Below, piece by piece: positions 28,891-38,123 of a DNA stretch of 64,000 bases. The stretch lies in assembly GCA_934162265.1 (NCBI GenBank), contig CAKPHZ010000002.1, forward strand, positions 6,703-70,702. The letters are read 5' to 3'. Source of the stretch: an uncultured Bacilli bacterium (lineage in GTDB: Bacteria > Bacillota_I > Bacilli_A > RF39 > UBA660). Both the position numbers and the translations under genes were made by a program. Each line of letters opens with the position of its first letter. Within the stretch, counting starts at the first letter, position 1. The notes beneath the pieces are model-generated. The model saw nothing but the letters and a program-made list of their open reading frames with translations. It was not told the DNA's origin and made no database searches.

Positions 28891-29751
28891 ATGGTTAGCA
28901 CATCTAGAATTTTAGAATGGAATAGGGTTAGTAGTGAAGAAGAATTATATGAATTATTAAATCAATATCATTGGATACTTTCGGAAGAGGTAATAGCTTA
29001 TTTAGAGCTTTTAATTAATTTAAAAGTTTCTGTGTATGAGTATAATCCGCTTGTTTCTCCAGAAATGAAAGAATTTTTATTAGAATTAGATCTTTATCGT
29101 AAGATAGCTATTTATAATATTTATTATCGAACACAAAATTTATTAATCAAAAATAATGAAGGAATCGATTTAGAAATTTCTAATAATGAAAATGGTATGG
29201 AACATTTAAATGTTGTAGGAAAAATAGATAATCATAAATTTAATATTTTTTCTTTTCAGTATTCATCTGATAATATACAGAAAAATCATTTGTTATTTCA
29301 AGATGGTTCTTCAAATAAAATAAGAAATCTTTATATTGGAGATTCTTCTCTTTATTTAACGAAAGTTGATCCTAATTTAAGAGAGAAAGAATTGTTAAGT
29401 ATTTTGGAAAGTTATGAAAAAGAATCACAAAAGTCTAATCCCTATGGCGGACATAAAAATAAATATGGTGGTCCTTCAACAAATTGGAATTTAGAACACC
29501 AAAGAACGCTAAAAAATTTGACAGATAATTACCGCGAAATAGAAAGTCATGAAGAATTAACAGCAACAGATCAAAGAATTATTCAAGCCCAAGAATATTT
29601 CTATCAGCTATTGTTAAATGATTTTCATGTGAAAGAAAGTGATTTTTCTGAAGAAAAATATCCTTCTTCTCAGAATTCAAAACGAATGAATAAAGTTTTG
29701 AAAAAAGAATATCCAGGAACAAAAATTAAAACAAATATTCAATATTGGTAA
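28891..29751 (+). CDS. hypothetical protein (orphan gene between the direct repeats)
   Basis: 286-aa ORF with a strong RBS, AGGAGGAAG, upstream. No recognisable family. Confidence 0.6.
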   Translation: MVSTSRILEWNRVSSEEELYELLNQYHWILSEEVIAYLELLINLKVSVYEYNPLVSPEMKEFLLELDLYRKIAIYNIYYRTQNLLIKNNEGIDLEISNNENGMEHLNVVGKIDNHKFNIFSFQYSSDNIQKNHLLFQDGSSNKIRNLYIGDSSLYLTKVDPNLREKELLSILESYEKESQKSNPYGGHKNKYGGPSTNWNLEHQRTLKNLTDNYREIESHEELTATDQRIIQAQEYFYQLLLNDFHVKESDFSEEKYPSSQNSKRMNKVLKKEYPGTKIKTNIQYW

Positions 29752-29802
29752 ATGAAAAAAATACTGATTTAGTTTATTCTTTTTATAAAGAGAAGACTAG
29801 GT

Positions 29803-29919
29803 AAGTATTTTTTTGTTTCAAAAAAGACTATCTTAAATTTTCTTTTTATATTATAATGAATGTGGATGGTGAAATAATGCAGAAAGAAGTGCATTATGTT
29901 AGTATTAGAATGTAATAAA
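29803..29919 (+). repeat. direct repeat copy 2 (native ABC transporter upstream region and first 8 codons)
   Basis: See copy 1. Outside the 37-nt perfect core the two copies are roughly 75% identical by eye. Confidence 0.85.
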
Positions 29920-30792
29920 GTTTTTAAGAAAATTGGGCATCATGTGATTGTTTCTGATTTATCTTTTTCTTTAAAGGAAGGGGATATTTTGGGATTTATT
30001 GGTCCTAATGGTGCTGGGAAGACTACCTCTATTAAGCTGATGTTAGGGTTGCAAAGTTTAAGTGGTGGTAGTGTAAAAATTTTGGGTTATGATATCAAAA
30101 AAGATTTTGTTAAAGCAATTAGACAGGTTGGGGCGATTGTTGAGAATCCTGATTTGTATATGTATTTAACTGGATATGAGAATTTGAAAATTGCTTCTGT
30201 TTTTTATCAAGTAGATAAGAATAGAATTGATGAAGTGGTTAGGTTAGTTGGTTTAGAGGAGCGTATTCATGATGCAGTAAAGAATTATTCTCTTGGTATG
30301 CGTCAGAGATTAGGGATTGCTGTTGCTATTCTTCATCGACCTAAGTTATTGATTTTGGATGAACCAATGAATGGTTTAGATCCAGAGGGAATTAAAGATT
30401 TAAAAAATATTTTGATTACTTTGGCACGTGATTATTCGATGGCTATTATGATTTCTAGTCATATTTTATCAGAGTTGGAATCTTTTTGTACTAGGATTTG
30501 TATTTTTTCTAAGGGAAGAGTAGAAAAGGATGCTTCTATTGCAGAAATTAAAAGAATTACAGAAAAAGAACGCTACTGTTTAGAGGTTAGTGATACAAAT
30601 TTAGATTCTATTTTAACTTCTTATCAGGTTCTAGATAATGAACATATTGAAGTTTCTACAACAAGGGAGAATATTGTTAATATTTTAAAAGCTCTATTAT
30701 TAAATGATATTTTTGTATATGAAGTAAAAAGAGAAGTTTTATCTTTAGAAGATGTTTTCTTAAAAGTGATGGAGGCATCTCATGATATTTAA
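29896..30792 (+). CDS. ABC transporter ATP-binding protein (ABC-2/bacitracin-export type)
   Basis: Walker A GPNGAGKTT, signature LGMRQRL, Walker B LLILDEP. Confidence 0.9.
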   Translation: MLVLECNKVFKKIGHHVIVSDLSFSLKEGDILGFIGPNGAGKTTSIKLMLGLQSLSGGSVKILGYDIKKDFVKAIRQVGAIVENPDLYMYLTGYENLKIASVFYQVDKNRIDEVVRLVGLEERIHDAVKNYSLGMRQRLGIAVAILHRPKLLILDEPMNGLDPEGIKDLKNILITLARDYSMAIMISSHILSELESFCTRICIFSKGRVEKDASIAEIKRITEKERYCLEVSDTNLDSILTSYQVLDNEHIEVSTTRENIVNILKALLLNDIFVYEVKREVLSLEDVFLKVMEASHDI

Positions 30793-32203
30793 ATTAATGA
30801 AAATAGAACTTTTAAAAGTATTGAGAAAAAAGGGAATTTATGTTATTTGGGGAGTGATGCTATTATTTTGTTTTTTTAATAATTTTTTGTATTGGCGGGA
30901 TTATGATAAAGATGGTAGATATTTATATGAAGAAAAAGAAAATATTCAAGAAGAAATAAAGAATTTAACTAAGGAAAAAGATTCTGTTGTATTAGGAACT
31001 GATGCTAGGATTATGTTAGAAACAAAGATAGAACTTTTAAAATTAAAGTCAACTTTTTCTAAAAATTCATGGCAATATTTTAAAGTAAATGATTATTTAT
31101 ATGATGCTTTATATGAGAAAAATAAAGATAGTACTAATTTAGAAAAAGTTAAGTATTATGATACTTTAGTTTCGAAGTTTAAAAATAATGATTATTCTTA
31201 TTTTTGGCATTTAGAGAAGAAAGATTTAGAGAGTCAAATTTCTTTTTTAAAGGAAGAACAAGAGAATGGGGAAGGTGATACTAATCTTCAGAAGAATCTT
31301 GAACAAAAAGAAGAAGAATTGTCCATATTAAACTATCGAATTAAGAATCGTATTGTTGAAGATAATGGGTATTTGAATGAGGCGTTGTCAACTTATCTTA
31401 GTTCACGAGATAAATTAAAGGAGCTTTCTAAAAATACTTATCAAGAAAAAATGGTTTATCAAGAAGTGAAAAGAGAAATGAAGATTAGTGAGACTGTTCT
31501 TTTAGATAGAGTGAATTATCCAAAAGAAAACACTTTAAATTCATTAATCAAAGGAATAATGGATGATTATGAACTTTTCTTTGTTATTATTCTTTTGATG
31601 GTTAGTGCATCTTTAATTTGTGATGAATTTCAAAAGGGAACGGTTAAGTTTCTCTTGATAAAACCAGTAAGTCGATTTATAATATTATTAAGTAAATATT
31701 TTACTTCCATACTTGTTCTTTTGATGAGTGTTCTTCTTGTTTTTAGTTTTCAATTTGTTTTAGGGGGAATATTTTTTGGAGTAGATTCTCTACATTTAGG
31801 AGTAATTGTTTATGATTATGGATTAGATAAAGTACTTCATTTGAATGTGTTTCTTTGGTTTTTAATCTCTTTATTATCAAAGATGCCTTCGATGCTGATG
31901 CTTAGTTTAATCGCTTTTCTACTTGGAATCGTAACCTCATCAACGATAATTTCTATGATTATTCCTTTGATGTTATCTATCTTTTCTTCTTCTATGTTAG
32001 AACTTGCTATTTCTCATCGACTTTATTGGATGAAGTATTTTCCTAATTTTGTTTGGAGATTTTCCTCTTATTTATTTGGAAAGTCTTCTGGATTAGAGGG
32101 GTTAGATTTTTGGTTTTCTAGTATTTGGTATAGTTTATATTTTGTTGTTTTTCTTCTTTTAGTAAGAGAAATATTTAAACGAAAAGATATTAAGAATGTA
32201 TAA
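30782..32203 (+). CDS. ABC-2-type permease with a long extracytoplasmic coiled-coil insert
   Basis: It overlaps the ATPase gene by 11 nt. It has one N-terminal TM, a charged region of about 230 aa, and then about 5 TM helices. Confidence 0.7.
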   Translation: MIFKLMKIELLKVLRKKGIYVIWGVMLLFCFFNNFLYWRDYDKDGRYLYEEKENIQEEIKNLTKEKDSVVLGTDARIMLETKIELLKLKSTFSKNSWQYFKVNDYLYDALYEKNKDSTNLEKVKYYDTLVSKFKNNDYSYFWHLEKKDLESQISFLKEEQENGEGDTNLQKNLEQKEEELSILNYRIKNRIVEDNGYLNEALSTYLSSRDKLKELSKNTYQEKMVYQEVKREMKISETVLLDRVNYPKENTLNSLIKGIMDDYELFFVIILLMVSASLICDEFQKGTVKFLLIKPVSRFIILLSKYFTSILVLLMSVLLVFSFQFVLGGIFFGVDSLHLGVIVYDYGLDKVLHLNVFLWFLISLLSKMPSMLMLSLIAFLLGIVTSSTIISMIIPLMLSIFSSSMLELAISHRLYWMKYFPNFVWRFSSYLFGKSSGLEGLDFWFSSIWYSLYFVVFLLLVREIFKRKDIKNV

Positions 32204-32215
32204 GGAGGGGTAAGA

Positions 32216-32842
32216 ATGGCTTCTACTTTAAGAAAAATGATTACGAGTTATTTTCCAGATGTTTGGCCGGTAATTATTATCATTACGGTAATTTGTTGCT
32301 CCCTTAGAGTTTCTTATTTAATTTTACATAGGGAGAAGTTTTGTTTTTATAAAGAGTTATTTATGTTACTTTTTATTCTTTATGTGATGTGTTTATTTGA
32401 AGTTGTTACCATTCAAGATGATAATTATGGATTATCTAATTTTATTCCTTTTAGGGAAATATTTCGCTATCAAGTAGGAAGTCGTTTATTTATTAAAAAT
32501 ATTATTGGGAATATTTTATTATTCTTACCTTATGGTTATTTTGCTAGTGATTATTTGAAAGTAAAAAAAGTATGGTGGATTGCTGGACTTACCATGGTTA
32601 TTTCTTTAACGATTGAGATTGTTCAATTAAATATTGGGAGAACTTTTGATGTAGATGATATGATTTTGAATACATTAGGAGGAAGTATAGGTTTTTTCAT
32701 TTATTATGTTTTAGATAGTTTAAGAGAGAGATTGCCTGATTTTTGTAAGAGTGATGGATTTGTTAATTTTGTTGTTATTGTTATTTTTATTGTAGGGATT
32801 ATTTATTTATTTGATTTACATGTAATGGAGTTTATTTCTTAG
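32216..32842 (+). CDS. VanZ-family membrane protein
   Basis: NFIPFREIF ... NILLFLPYGYF ... DVDDMILNTLGGSIGF, with 5-6 TM helices. Confidence 0.75.
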   Translation: MASTLRKMITSYFPDVWPVIIIITVICCSLRVSYLILHREKFCFYKELFMLLFILYVMCLFEVVTIQDDNYGLSNFIPFREIFRYQVGSRLFIKNIIGNILLFLPYGYFASDYLKVKKVWWIAGLTMVISLTIEIVQLNIGRTFDVDDMILNTLGGSIGFFIYYVLDSLRERLPDFCKSDGFVNFVVIVIFIVGIIYLFDLHVMEFIS

Positions 32843-32858
32843 AAAGTTGAGGTTTTTT

Positions 32859-33299
32859 ATGTTTGATATTATTAATAATTATCATGAAGAGGTATTAGAG
32901 TTAGATATTTTGGAAAAGTATGTGACATATGTTGTAGAAAAGTTGAAGTTAGAGAAGGCTATATTTAATTTTATATTAGTTGATGAAGAGGAGATTCATG
33001 AATTAAATAAAACTTATCGTAAAGTAGATAGACCTACTGATGTGATTACTTTTGCTTTAGAGGATGGAGATGATTTTCAAAATCCTGAGTTTAGGACTTT
33101 GGGAGATGTTTATATTTGTGTTCCTATAGCGTATAAGCAAGCAGAGATGTATGGACATTCTAGAATTCGAGAAATTTGCTTTCTAGCAACACATGGGATT
33201 TTACATTTGCTTGGCTATGACCATATGGAAGAGGAAGAAGAGAAAGTGATGTTTTCTTTACAAGAGGAGTTGTTAAAGGGTTATGAGATTAATCGGTAA
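32859..33299 (+). CDS. ybeY: rRNA maturation endoribonuclease YbeY
   Basis: Zinc motif HGILHLLGYDH. The ATG at 32859 is preceded by GAGG; the track's TTG at 32847 is unlikely. Confidence 0.9.
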   Translation: MFDIINNYHEEVLELDILEKYVTYVVEKLKLEKAIFNFILVDEEEIHELNKTYRKVDRPTDVITFALEDGDDFQNPEFRTLGDVYICVPIAYKQAEMYGHSRIREICFLATHGILHLLGYDHMEEEEEKVMFSLQEELLKGYEINR

Positions 33300-33693
33300 A
33301 ATGAAAGTGAAAAAATTATTAAAGAGTCAAGGTCGGGCAAAGTTTAGAGAAAGTGCATCTCACGCGATGGATGGGATTACTTATACAGTAAGTCATGAGA
33401 GAAATTTTAGAATAGAACTTGCTGCTGCTTGTTTGGTTACGCTCCTTAGTTATTTTTTGAAAGTTAGTGTAGTAGAGTGGTGTATTTTGCTTCTTACTAT
33501 TTCTCTTGTTTTAGTATTAGAGATGGTTAATACGGCGATTGAGAGAACTGTTGATTTGGTGACTAAAGATTATTATGAGCTTGCTAAAAACGCAAAAGAT
33601 GTTGCAGCAGGAGCAGTGCTTGTTGCAAGTATGTTTTCTGTTGTTCTTGGGATATTGATTTTTTTACCTAAGATTATTAGTTTATTAAAGTAA
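33283..33693 (+). CDS. dgkA: diacylglycerol/undecaprenol kinase
   Basis: Three TM helices plus the ERNFRIE and NTAIE motifs. An alternative start lies at 33301. Confidence 0.8.
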   Translation: MRLIGKMKVKKLLKSQGRAKFRESASHAMDGITYTVSHERNFRIELAAACLVTLLSYFLKVSVVEWCILLLTISLVLVLEMVNTAIERTVDLVTKDYYELAKNAKDVAAGAVLVASMFSVVLGILIFLPKIISLLK

Positions 33694-33711
33694 AATACTT
33701 ATAAGTATTTT
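33692..33711. terminator. perfect 20-nt palindrome AAAATACTTATAAGTATTTT after dgkA (terminator-like)
   Basis: Perfect 10+10 nt inverted repeat overlapping the dgkA stop, followed by TCTTTTC. Confidence 0.6.
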
Positions 33712-33752
33712 TCTTTTCAGATTAGAATTTTGATAGTTTAAGGAGATGTGAG

Positions 33753-33974
33753 ATGAAAAAGTTAAGTGGAAGAGTAGTTGAAGTTTTTATTCCAGATAAT
33801 ATGAATCAAGAAGTAGGGTTTAGAGTAGAAACTAATGAAGGAATAAAAGAAATTATAGAAGAACAAGATGAATATAATGCTAAAATATTAAGAGAAGATA
33901 ATGTAATTGTTACAGAACAAATTATTGATGGAAAATATTTTATTGATATAGAATTAGGGGAAAAGTATGAATAA
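33753..33974 (+). CDS. hypothetical small acidic protein (73 aa), translationally coupled to the helicase
   Basis: AAGGAG RBS upstream. Its last 8 nt overlap the start of the next gene. Confidence 0.55.
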   Translation: MKKLSGRVVEVFIPDNMNQEVGFRVETNEGIKEIIEEQDEYNAKILREDNVIVTEQIIDGKYFIDIELGEKYE

Positions 33975-36723
33975 TTCACTAAATTTATATCCTCATAATT
34001 TAGATGGATATAATGATGCTAAAAAAGCTTATCAAGAAGGAAAAAAGATTGTCAGTGAAGTTCGGGCAACGGGAACTGGAAAAAGTTATATTAACCTACA
34101 ATTTGCTTTAGATAATCAAGATAAAAAAGGGATTTATGTTGTTCCTAGTTTATCTATTATTGAACATTTAAAAGAAATTGTTAAAGAAAATTCAAATGTT
34201 AGTTTAAATGATTTTTCTCATGTTGATTTTAGAACTTATCAAAGTTTTGTTAATATGAGTTATGATGAGATAAAAAATTTAGCGTGTGATTTTTTGATTG
34301 TTGATGAATTACATCATTTGAATGGTCCAGTATGGGAGAATAGAATTTCAAAATTGATTGAAACACATCCTGATATTAAGGTGCTTGGGACAACAGCTTA
34401 TACCGTAGTTTCAAGAGGAACTTCTTATGAGAGGGATATGGCTTTGTCTGGTGGAAATGAAATATTTTCTGATTCAATAGTTAGTCGCTATGATTTATGT
34501 GATGCAATAATTGATGGTGTTTTACCAAAACCAATTTATAAAAGTGCTTATATTCATTTATCTAGTAAATTATCTGATATTGAAAGAATTTTAGAAAGTA
34601 GTCATTTAACTACAAAGGAATATCAAGAATATCAACTTATTTTAGATGATTTAAAGAGAAAAATTCATGAAGCACCAACTATTGCGGATGTTTTAAAGAA
34701 AAATTTAAAAAAAGATGGAAAGTATTATTATTTTTGCCCTGTTAAATCAGAAGAAGGAATAAATGATATTGAAACAATAAAAGAAAAAATACTGAGTGAT
34801 TTGAAACCAAAATTTCAAGAAGAAGATATTGTTTTTTATACTACAACTTCAGAAATGGGAGAATTAGGAAAGAAAAATCGAGATGCTTTTTATCATGATA
34901 AAACATTAGATGGACAAGATTGTTCAAATAAACTTCGTATTATGTTTGCAATTAATCAATATAATGAAGGGGTACATGCTCCTGGTGTTGATGGTGTAAT
35001 TGAGGGCAGAATGACAAATTCTGATATTGTCTTTTTTGAACATATTGGTAGATCTTTAGCTGTAAGAGGAGATAATCAGAAAAGAGAAGAAGAATTAGAA
35101 AAATATTCTTATGAGGAATTATTACAAATGTGTCATGATAGAGATATTTTAGTCAAAGAAAATATTTCTAAAGAAGAGATGATAGAAAAATTACTTTCTC
35201 CTCTTATTATTGATTTAACTTGTAATTATGAATGGATTAAAGAGTTAGAAGATAATTTAAAGAATAGATTAAAAGAAAATACAGGAAGAAAAAATAATAC
35301 TTATCAAAGAAGAAAACTTATTGATGCATCATTTGATATAGAAGTGGAAAATATTGATTTATTTTCTAGTTTAATGGAATTAAAAAATAGATTGAATAAT
35401 TCTTGGAATAGAATGTATGAATATGCTCGTATTTATTATGAACATCATGGAAATTTAGAGGTTCCCCAAAGGTTTAAAACAAATAATGGATTTGAATATG
35501 ATGAAGAGGGAAAAATAAAATTAGGTGCTTGGATAGCTAGACAAAGAAGTAGTACGTTACCAGAGAGTGAACAAGGAAGACTGCTATCTCAAATAGGTAT
35601 GCGTTTTTTCAATAAAAATAGTACATTAAGTTGGGAAGAAATGTATGAATATGCCCGTATTTATTATGAACATCATAAAAGTTTAGAAATTCCCCGAAGT
35701 TTTAAAACAAATAATGGATTTGAATATGATGAAAAAGGAATTGTAAATTTAGGTATCTGGATAGTTTATCAAAGAAAAACTGTGTCTCGAGAGAGTGAAC
35801 GGGGAAAGTTGTTATCACAAATAGGGATGCGTTTTGAGAGTAAAAAAAGTACACTTTCTTGGGAAGAAATGTTTGAGTATGCGTGTCAATATTATGAACA
35901 TCATGGAAATTTGGAGGTTCCCCAAAAGTTTAAAACGAATAATGGATTTGAATATGAGGAACAAGGAAAAATTCCTTTAGGAAGTTGGATAGCTAAACAA
36001 AGAATTAGGACGTTACCAGAGAGTGAACGCGGTCAGTTGCTTTTGAAAATAGGCATGCGTTTTGAGAGTAAAAAAAGTACACTTAGTTGGGAAGAAATGT
36101 ATGAGTATGCCTGTATTTATTATAAGCATTGTGGACATTTAGAAGTTCCTGTTAAGTTTAAAACAAATAATGGTTGGGAAGAAGATGATTCGGGAAAAAT
36201 AAATTTAGGTGCTTGGGTAGCTAAACAAAGAATTAGGACGTTACCAGAGAGTGAACGAGGAAGATTGTTATCTCAAATAGGGATGCGTTTTGAGAGTAAA
36301 AATAGTACATTAAGTTGGGAAGAAATGTATGAGTATGCTTGTATTTATTACCAACGCCATGGAAATTTAGAAGTTTTTGCTAAGTTTAAAACAAATAATG
36401 GCTGGGAAGAAGATGAGTTGGGAAAAATAAACTTAGGTACTTGGGTAGCCACTCAAAAGCAATTATACCAAAAAAAAGAAATGTCTGAGGAACAAATTAT
36501 TTTACTAGAGAATATTGGAATGAAGTTGATAAGTGAAAGAGTAGATAATAAGCTACAGATAGAAGAAATAACAGAAAAGAATACAAGAAAAAAACAAATA
36601 GAATTGTTAAATAGAACAAAGAGTTTGTTAAATCATATTGGTAATCAAGATTTTGGAAGTAAAGAAGATGTAGATAGGGTAAATCAGAAGTTTGTAGATG
36701 AGTTAAATCGTAAATCTAGATAA
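33967..36723 (+). CDS. SF2 DExH-box helicase fused to five tandem helicase-associated (HA, PF03457-like) repeats
   Basis: Motif I ATGTGKS, motif II VDELHH, TTAY, motif VI-like FEHIGRSL, then a K/E-rich linker. After that come 5 x 76 aa of W(E/N)(E/R)M(Y/F)EYA..YY..HG.LEVP..FKTNNG(F/W)E.D..GKI.LG.W(I/V)A.QR...LPESERG.LLSQIGMRF. Confidence 0.8.
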   Translation: MNNSLNLYPHNLDGYNDAKKAYQEGKKIVSEVRATGTGKSYINLQFALDNQDKKGIYVVPSLSIIEHLKEIVKENSNVSLNDFSHVDFRTYQSFVNMSYDEIKNLACDFLIVDELHHLNGPVWENRISKLIETHPDIKVLGTTAYTVVSRGTSYERDMALSGGNEIFSDSIVSRYDLCDAIIDGVLPKPIYKSAYIHLSSKLSDIERILESSHLTTKEYQEYQLILDDLKRKIHEAPTIADVLKKNLKKDGKYYYFCPVKSEEGINDIETIKEKILSDLKPKFQEEDIVFYTTTSEMGELGKKNRDAFYHDKTLDGQDCSNKLRIMFAINQYNEGVHAPGVDGVIEGRMTNSDIVFFEHIGRSLAVRGDNQKREEELEKYSYEELLQMCHDRDILVKENISKEEMIEKLLSPLIIDLTCNYEWIKELEDNLKNRLKENTGRKNNTYQRRKLIDASFDIEVENIDLFSSLMELKNRLNNSWNRMYEYARIYYEHHGNLEVPQRFKTNNGFEYDEEGKIKLGAWIARQRSSTLPESEQGRLLSQIGMRFFNKNSTLSWEEMYEYARIYYEHHKSLEIPRSFKTNNGFEYDEKGIVNLGIWIVYQRKTVSRESERGKLLSQIGMRFESKKSTLSWEEMFEYACQYYEHHGNLEVPQKFKTNNGFEYEEQGKIPLGSWIAKQRIRTLPESERGQLLLKIGMRFESKKSTLSWEEMYEYACIYYKHCGHLEVPVKFKTNNGWEEDDSGKINLGAWVAKQRIRTLPESERGRLLSQIGMRFESKNSTLSWEEMYEYACIYYQRHGNLEVFAKFKTNNGWEEDELGKINLGTWVATQKQLYQKKEMSEEQIILLENIGMKLISERVDNKLQIEEITEKNTRKKQIELLNRTKSLLNHIGNQDFGSKEDVDRVNQKFVDELNRKSR
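35401..36528 (+). repeat. tandem 228-bp coding repeats x5 (HA modules)
   Basis: Units start at 35401, 35629, 35857, 36085 and 36313, an exact 228-nt period. They are roughly 75-85% identical at DNA level by eye. Confidence 0.85.
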
Positions 36724-36738
36724 GACTTTAATTATAGG

Positions 36739-36758
36739 AAAATACTTATCAGTATTTT
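36739..36758. terminator. near-palindrome AAAATACTTATCAGTATTTT after the helicase gene
   Basis: 19 of 20 nt are identical to the palindrome at 33692-33711. Confidence 0.6.
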
Positions 36759-36784
36759 TAGTGTATAGAAAGAAGGGGTAAATA

Positions 36785-37183
36785 ATGAAAGAAAAGTTAC
36801 AAAGTTTATTAAAAAATTCATATAGTAAATATTATCATTATCCAGTAGCGTCTGTTATTGTGATGAAAGATGGTGTAGAGTTTAGTGGGGTTAACGTAGA
36901 AACTTCTTCTCCTGCTAGTGGAATTTGTGCTGAGAGAAATGCCTTATATAGTGCGATTACTAATGGTTATACTAAGGGAGATGTTAAGGAAATTCATGTG
37001 ATGAGTACAACAGAAAATGATTGTTTTCCATGTTTTATTTGTAGACATGCTTTAAGTGATTTATGTGATAAAGAGGTTAAAGTATTTTCTCATACTTTTA
37101 GTGATAGTAGAATTGTTATGCATACGATTGAAGAATTATGCCCATATCCTTTTGGGGATGATAGTATGAAAGAGGAGAAGTAA
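36785..37183 (+). CDS. cdd: cytidine deaminase
   Basis: Zinc motifs CAERNA and PCFICR; 132 aa. Confidence 0.9.
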   Translation: MKEKLQSLLKNSYSKYYHYPVASVIVMKDGVEFSGVNVETSSPASGICAERNALYSAITNGYTKGDVKEIHVMSTTENDCFPCFICRHALSDLCDKEVKVFSHTFSDSRIVMHTIEELCPYPFGDDSMKEEK

Positions 37184-38076
37184 TGAAAAGTGGATTTGTT
37201 AGTATAGTTGGTCGACCTAATGTTGGGAAAAGTACTCTTTTAAACGCAATTATTGGAAAGAAAATTGCTATTACTTCAAATACTGCTCAAACTACTAGAA
37301 ATATGATTCAAGGTATTTATCATGGAGATGATGTACAAATTATTTTTGTGGATACACCTGGTATTCATAAGCCTCATAATAAATTAGGACAAGTATTAAA
37401 TAAACAAGCTTATTATAGTTTAAATGATGTTGATGTCATTTTGTTTTTGGTTGATGTTACAGAAAAGTTGGGGAATGGAGATAAGTTTATTTTAGAAAAG
37501 TTAAAAGAAAATGATGTTCCTGTTATTTTAGTTTTAAATAAAATGGATAAAATTACTTATTTAGAACTTTTGCCTAAGATAGAAGAGTATAAGGATTTAT
37601 ATCATTTTAGTGAGATTATTCCTGTATCTGCTTATAAAAAGAAAAACTTAGATGATTTAATTCAAACTGTTAGTAAATATTTAAAAGATGATATTAAATA
37701 TTATGATGAAAATACTATTACTAATGTTAGTGAGAATTTTTCTGTATCTGAGTTAATTCGAGAAAAAGTTTTATATCATACTAAAGAGGAAGTTCCTCAT
37801 TCTGTTGCTTGTATTGTGGATGAAATTAGCGAGGATAAATATAGTATTCGAGTAATTGCTAGTTTAATCGTGGATAGAGAAAATTTAAAGAAGATTTTGA
37901 TTGGGAAGAATGGTTCTATGATTAAAAGGATTGGAATGGAAGCAAGACGTGATATAGAAGAATTGTTAGGGAAAAAAGTTTATTTGGATTTACAAGTAAA
38001 AGTGATTCCGAATTGGCGTGATAAGGATAGTTTTTTATTTAGACAACTTGGATATGAAGATATTTCTCTTGATTAG
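37183..38076 (+). CDS. era: GTPase Era
   Basis: G1 GRPNVGKST, G3 DTPG, G4 NKMD, and a KH domain at the C-terminus. TAATG overlap with cdd. Confidence 0.95.
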   Translation: MKSGFVSIVGRPNVGKSTLLNAIIGKKIAITSNTAQTTRNMIQGIYHGDDVQIIFVDTPGIHKPHNKLGQVLNKQAYYSLNDVDVILFLVDVTEKLGNGDKFILEKLKENDVPVILVLNKMDKITYLELLPKIEEYKDLYHFSEIIPVSAYKKKNLDDLIQTVSKYLKDDIKYYDENTITNVSENFSVSELIREKVLYHTKEEVPHSVACIVDEISEDKYSIRVIASLIVDRENLKKILIGKNGSMIKRIGMEARRDIEELLGKKVYLDLQVKVIPNWRDKDSFLFRQLGYEDISLD

Positions 38077-38123
38077 TGTATAAATTTTTTCTATTTTGTA
38101 CATGATTTTAATGGTGATAATTT

